The translations under genes and the position numbers were made by a program. Below the pieces are notes generated by a model. It ran no database searches. It was not told where the DNA came from and saw only the letters and a program-made list of their open reading frames with translations. Positions 60,338 to 64,000 of a DNA stretch of 64,000 nucleotides are shown in pieces. Position 1 is the first letter of the stretch, and the number at the start of each line of letters is the position of its first letter. The stretch is from NCBI GenBank assembly GCA_041937175.2, contig CP166615.1, forward strand, positions 2,080,001 through 2,144,000. Reading direction: 5' to 3'. The DNA is from Limnothrix sp. BL-A-16. Its GTDB lineage: Bacteria > Cyanobacteriota > Cyanobacteriia > CACIAM-69d.

Positions 60338-60699
60338 TGCGATCGAGCCTGATTCCCCCCGACCTATTCGATGTTGTCGAAATTCTGCTTGATCTGCCTG
60401 ACCTAGGACTGCAAGCAGGCGATCGCGGATCAATCATTGAAAAATATGACGATCAGATTAACCCCTCCGTCTACGAAATTGAATTTACAAATCCTGACGG
60501 TGAAACCATCGCCCTAAAACGCCTATCGTCCCAGCAATTTATTGTTATTTGGCGCAATGCCACCCAAACCTGGGTCTCCCTGAGCGATCGCATTGCCGCC
60601 CTCATTCAAGTCTTGCCCGAAGATCGCCAAGAACAGGTTTTGGGGTTTACCCGCTCCCTCCTATCAACCACCCCCATTAGTCGATCGCCTAAACCATGA
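60334..60699 (+). CDS. DUF4926 domain protein
   Basis: LFDVVE...DLP..GL.AG.RG.I.E......YEIEF...DGET.AL; ATGA overlap. Confidence 0.75.
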   Translation: MMRSSLIPPDLFDVVEILLDLPDLGLQAGDRGSIIEKYDDQINPSVYEIEFTNPDGETIALKRLSSQQFIVIWRNATQTWVSLSDRIAALIQVLPEDRQEQVLGFTRSLLSTTPISRSPKP

Positions 60700-61043
60700 T
60701 GGAAACTGTCTCAAACCTTTCCAAAACTCAACCCGCAGCACTCTCTCAAATCATTCCCACCGAAACCCTAAAACTCCTCTTAAAAACCTTTAAAGAACAG
60801 AAAGGCGAACACTTTCACCTGACAGCCTTAGGATATTTTGGTTCCTATGCTCGTGGGGAAGCTCGCCCCGATAGCGATGTCGATATCGTCTTCCAAACAG
60901 ACTACCCCAACCTCCTAGTCACCGTGGCCTTACAACTCGAACTCACAGAACTCTTGAACCGCCCCGTTGATATTCTGCGCTACCGACCAAGCCTCAGTCC
61001 GCGCCTAAAGGCTCGCATCGACCAAGAAGCGGTTTATGTCTAA
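60696..61043 (+). CDS. MNT nucleotidyltransferase antitoxin
   Basis: FGSYARGEARPDSDVDI; ATGA overlap. Confidence 0.87.
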   Translation: MMETVSNLSKTQPAALSQIIPTETLKLLLKTFKEQKGEHFHLTALGYFGSYARGEARPDSDVDIVFQTDYPNLLVTVALQLELTELLNRPVDILRYRPSLSPRLKARIDQEAVYV

Positions 61044-61059
61044 ATACAAGGATTGATCA

Positions 61060-61439
61060 ATGATCGAACGCAGAATCTTATTAGAACGACTAGAGGAGAT
61101 TTTGGAGGCACTAGAACGAATTCCCGATCGCTTGCAAGATATTTCAAAACCCGAAGACTTCTTGGCAACCAAGACTGGACGCAGTAATTTAGATGCTATT
61201 TGCATGGTGCTGCTTGCGGTTGGAGAAGCATTCAAAGCCATTGATAAAAAACAGAGGGAGAATTTCTTGCTCAATATCCAGAAATCCCCTGGACAAAGAT
61301 TTTTGGACTCAGAAATTTACTAGCTCACACTTATTTTGATGTTGACGAAGCTCAAATTCTCAACACTTGCCACCATGATATTCCAGAATTAGTGACTACG
61401 GTGCAAAAAATGATCCAAGACTCACAAGATCAAGACTGA
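61060..61439 (+). pseudogene. HepT-like HEPN toxin (DUF86) with single-base frameshift
   Basis: Adding one A to the A6 run at 61246-61251 restores ..IDKKTEGEFLAQYPEIPWTKIFGLRNLLAHTYFDVD.. ending TGA at 61439. Confidence 0.85.
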
Positions 61440-61565
61440 ACAAGACTCTATCCGCCGCTGGACTTTGGTACATTAGCATCAGCCCGCCAGAGGCAAATCG
61501 CGCTGACATCCAAGACAGCGCCACCTAGGTATGAAACTTGCAAACTGAACAATCGGGCACTCACC

Positions 61566-61985
61566 ATGACTCAATCAATTCTTGTTGACACAGAAGATAG
61601 TGGGGCTGCAAGCGAGATGCCCACCCAACCGATCAACCGCAACACTTCCCCAACTACTGACCCCATTCCTGCCACCCTCGCCCAACTGCTCAACCTCCTC
61701 AAAAGCCAATTGCAAACCCTCTGGGGCGATCGCCTGGTTCACCTGATTCTCTTTGGCTCCCAAGCGAGAGGTGATGCCCATCCAGACTCCGATATTGATG
61801 TGGCGATCGTCCTCAAAAATTTTTGCGACCTAGGGGCAGAACTACAACTTGTAGGTCAACCAATCTGCGATCTTTGCTTGCAGCATGACGTAGTAATTTC
61901 TCCAGTTTTCCTAGACGAATCCTTCTTTCTCCAAAACAACGGAATGCTAATGCGAAATATCCGTAAAGAAGGTGTCATAGTATGA
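61566..61985 (+). CDS. MNT nucleotidyltransferase
   Basis: LFGSQARGDAHPDSDIDV ... NIRKEGV; start uncertain. Confidence 0.85.
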   Translation: MTQSILVDTEDSGAASEMPTQPINRNTSPTTDPIPATLAQLLNLLKSQLQTLWGDRLVHLILFGSQARGDAHPDSDIDVAIVLKNFCDLGAELQLVGQPICDLCLQHDVVISPVFLDESFFLQNNGMLMRNIRKEGVIV

Positions 61986-62353
61986 CCGACGATCAAAAAA
62001 ATCTTCTTGAAAAAGCTAGAGAAAGCCTCGCGGCAGCCGAATTACTATTGAGCCACGGCTACTTTTCAACTGCCGCTTCTCGGGCTTACTATGCCATGTT
62101 TTATATTGCCTCTGCATTTGTCGAAGGCGATGGACAATCATTTTCCAGCCACGCCGCGATCATCTCTACATTTGGGCGAGATTTTGCCAACCGCGATCGC
62201 GTTCCCAGGCATCTCCATCGTTATCTCCTAGATGCCCAAACCATTCGGCATCAAGCCGACTATGCCCCAATTAGCAACCTCTCTCCTGAGCTAACGCGAT
62301 CGCTGCTCCAACAGGCCCAAGAGTTCATCGAGACTGGCGATCGCCTGCTGTGA
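61982..62353 (+). CDS. HEPN domain protein
   Basis: SRAYYAMF, SH.AII..FG..F, R..ADY; ATGA overlap with MNT. Confidence 0.87.
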   Translation: MTDDQKNLLEKARESLAAAELLLSHGYFSTAASRAYYAMFYIASAFVEGDGQSFSSHAAIISTFGRDFANRDRVPRHLHRYLLDAQTIRHQADYAPISNLSPELTRSLLQQAQEFIETGDRLL

Positions 62354-62492
62354 ACTGGCTGTTGCCCCCTGAACCGCAATCACCAGACCGCGTTAGCCCA
62401 GGCTAGATCGCCCCATTCAACCCATTCTTGGGATGGGCGATCGGCTGATCAGCACGAAATTTTGATCCAGTGGGCTAGCCGCTGGGCCTTGT

Positions 62493-62539
62493 CGATCGCC
62501 CCCCAAGAACTGATTACTTGGTTTGGATCTCGTCGAACA
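62493..62539. repeat. Diverged copy of the sbpA 3' end and downstream flank (63005-63050)
   Basis: 41/47 aligned positions by eye; minus strand encodes LFDEIQTK* vs IFDKIQTKK*. Confidence 0.75.
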
Positions 62540-62609
62540 GAATGATGAAAGGGCGATCGAGCGGATTCAGAACACCATCAAAGGAAGGTGGCAGGGTTCA
62601 GCCCAGAAC

Positions 62610-62927
62610 TCAAATCCCGTCCGGATCCCCATCATCACGCCACACTTCCAGATCCAAATCGTTGAAATATAGCAAGGCGCTTTGAATTTGGGCGTTGGAA
62701 CCGCTGAGTTCTAGGTCAAACCAACCATCGCTCTCTTGGTCAGATCCCAGCAGGGCCGCCAGCACATTCACGGTCAGTCCAAACCGAGAAATGATGGTGG
62801 AAATCACCGGATCGGGTCGATAGTTGCTGGGCACACGGATGCGCACCCGGACTTGCGATCGATGCCCCGGTTCTGAGTCGATCGGGGAATTCGTGACCGG
62901 AGAATCGGTGTGGATGGGGTCAGTCAT
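62610..62927 (-). CDS. NIL domain protein
   Basis: VRIRVP..Y...PVIS.IIS..GLTVN.LAA.L.....DGWFDLEL.G; directly downstream of sbpA. Confidence 0.8.
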   Translation of the reverse strand: MTDPIHTDSPVTNSPIDSEPGHRSQVRVRIRVPSNYRPDPVISTIISRFGLTVNVLAALLGSDQESDGWFDLELSGSNAQIQSALLYFNDLDLEVWRDDGDPDGI

Positions 62928-63021
62928 CGGATTGCCTCCCGTCCAAAATCGGGATTGTGGGAATGGGGCGGGGCGATCGCGCTGGGTCCGTTGAGGGCCG
63001 TGGGCGATCGCCCCCCAGAAC

Positions 63022-64000
63022 CTATTTCTTGGTTTGGATCTTGTCGAAAATGGCTCCATCGGCAAAGAACTGCTTTTGGATGGCATCCCAACCGCCCAGT
63101 TCCTTGACCGTGAAGAGTTTGGTGACCTTGCCAAAGCGATCGCTAAACTGCGCTTCAATGGCCGGGTCGATCGGGCGGAACCCTGCTTCCGCAAAGGCTT
63201 TTTGGGCTTCGGGGGTGTAAAGGAACTTCACGAAGGCTTCTGCCACCTCCCGAGTGCCCCGTTTGTCCACCACCTGATCCACCACAGCCACGGGGCTATC
63301 GATCGAAATATTCGTCGCCGGAACCACGTAATCGACCTTTTGGCCCTTGGCTTGGGCCAAAAGCAGTTCATTTTCGTAGTTAATCAGCACATCGCCTTGG
63401 TTTTGCTTCAGAAACACGTCCGTGGCTTCTCGCGCATCCCGAGGCAAAATCGGCACATTGCCATAAACCGACTTCACGAAGGATTCCGCCTTTTCCGGCG
63501 TGCCGCCCGTTTGGGTCACCGCGCCCCACAGCACCAGGAAGTTCCAGCGGGCCCCGCCCGAGGTTTTGGGGTTGGCGGTAATCACCTTCAAGCCCGGTTT
63601 GGCCAAATCAGGCCAATCCTTCACGCCCTTCGGGTTGCCCGGCCGGGTCACCAGGGCCGCAACGGACTTGTGAACGATCGCCTCGTTCGGCGCTTCCTGC
63701 TGCCAACCGGGTTCAATTAATTTGGCCTTTTCAATTTTTTCCACATCCTGCCCCAACGCCAGGGCCACCACATCCGCTTCCAAACCATCGATCACGGCAC
63801 GAGTTTGGGAGCCGGAACCGCCATAGCTTTGGTTAATTTTGACCGTTTGGCCCCGTTCTTTTTGCCACTTTTCGACAAAGAGCGGAATGATTTTTTCATA
63901 GGCCGATCGGGTCACGGCATAGGACACCAAGGTAATTTCGATCGGTTCGTTGTTAGCAGCCGATGCATTGGCCGCTGGTGTGCCCGTCGCGGGCGAGCTA
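63022..64000 (-). CDS. sbpA: Sulfate ABC transporter substrate-binding protein (5' end outside window)
   Basis: QSYGGSGSQTRAVIDGLEADVV, NPKTSGGARWNFL, DVLINYENE. Confidence 0.92.
   Translation of the reverse strand, partial: SSPATGTPAANASAANNEPIEITLVSYAVTRSAYEKIIPLFVEKWQKERGQTVKINQSYGGSGSQTRAVIDGLEADVVALALGQDVEKIEKAKLIEPGWQQEAPNEAIVHKSVAALVTRPGNPKGVKDWPDLAKPGLKVITANPKTSGGARWNFLVLWGAVTQTGGTPEKAESFVKSVYGNVPILPRDAREATDVFLKQNQGDVLINYENELLLAQAKGQKVDYVVPATNISIDSPVAVVDQVVDKRGTREVAEAFVKFLYTPEAQKAFAEAGFRPIDPAIEAQFSDRFGKVTKLFTVKELGGWDAIQKQFFADGAIFDKIQTKK

Larger units (their letters stand above)
1..64000. other. HIP1 (GCGATCGC) octamer dispersed through the window; cyanobacterial genome signature
   Basis: GCGATCGC recurs throughout GC-rich coding and intergenic DNA and is visibly rarer in AT-rich stretches and the CRISPR array. 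Confidence 0.95.

Noticed and set aside
1..64000. tRNA, rRNA, tmRNA, SRP/6S RNA or known riboswitch
   Set aside because: None recognised by eye; a tRNAscan/Infernal run is needed to exclude them

Overview
Chromosomal window from a moderately GC-rich cyanobacterium (HIP1 octamer GCGATCGC is abundant; genus cannot be determined from the sequence). Housekeeping genes are ndhF3-ndhD3-cupA, an FeS-type photolyase, pntA1/A2/B, dapL, ftsH3, msrB, mlaE, two c-di-GMP enzymes (one with a DXCF cyanobacteriochrome GAF) and a partial sbpA. Three accessory/defence blocks interrupt them. (1) At ~5.4-12.5 kb, a Type ISP restriction-modification gene is translationally coupled to an MNT-HEPN toxin-antitoxin pair, with two diverged ~96-bp direct repeats exactly 5400 bp apart. 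(2) At ~41.1-53.3 kb is a WYL-headed type I-B (Myxan/Cas8b3) CRISPR-Cas locus with a probable in-frame Cas11 and a 46-repeat/45-spacer array. It has no cas1 or cas4 and only an unannotated 3' relic of cas2, preceded by a DUF29 gene and a palindromic repeat. A divergent XRE/small-protein pair follows the array. (3) At ~56.8-62.5 kb are Uma2, a pentapeptide-repeat protein and three tandem TA-like pairs. Also present: an internally deleted IS200/IS605 (TnpB-derived) element that keeps its ends, several small palindromic repeat families, long intergenic fold-backs and several disrupted genes. All family assignments come from motif recognition by eye; no searches were run.
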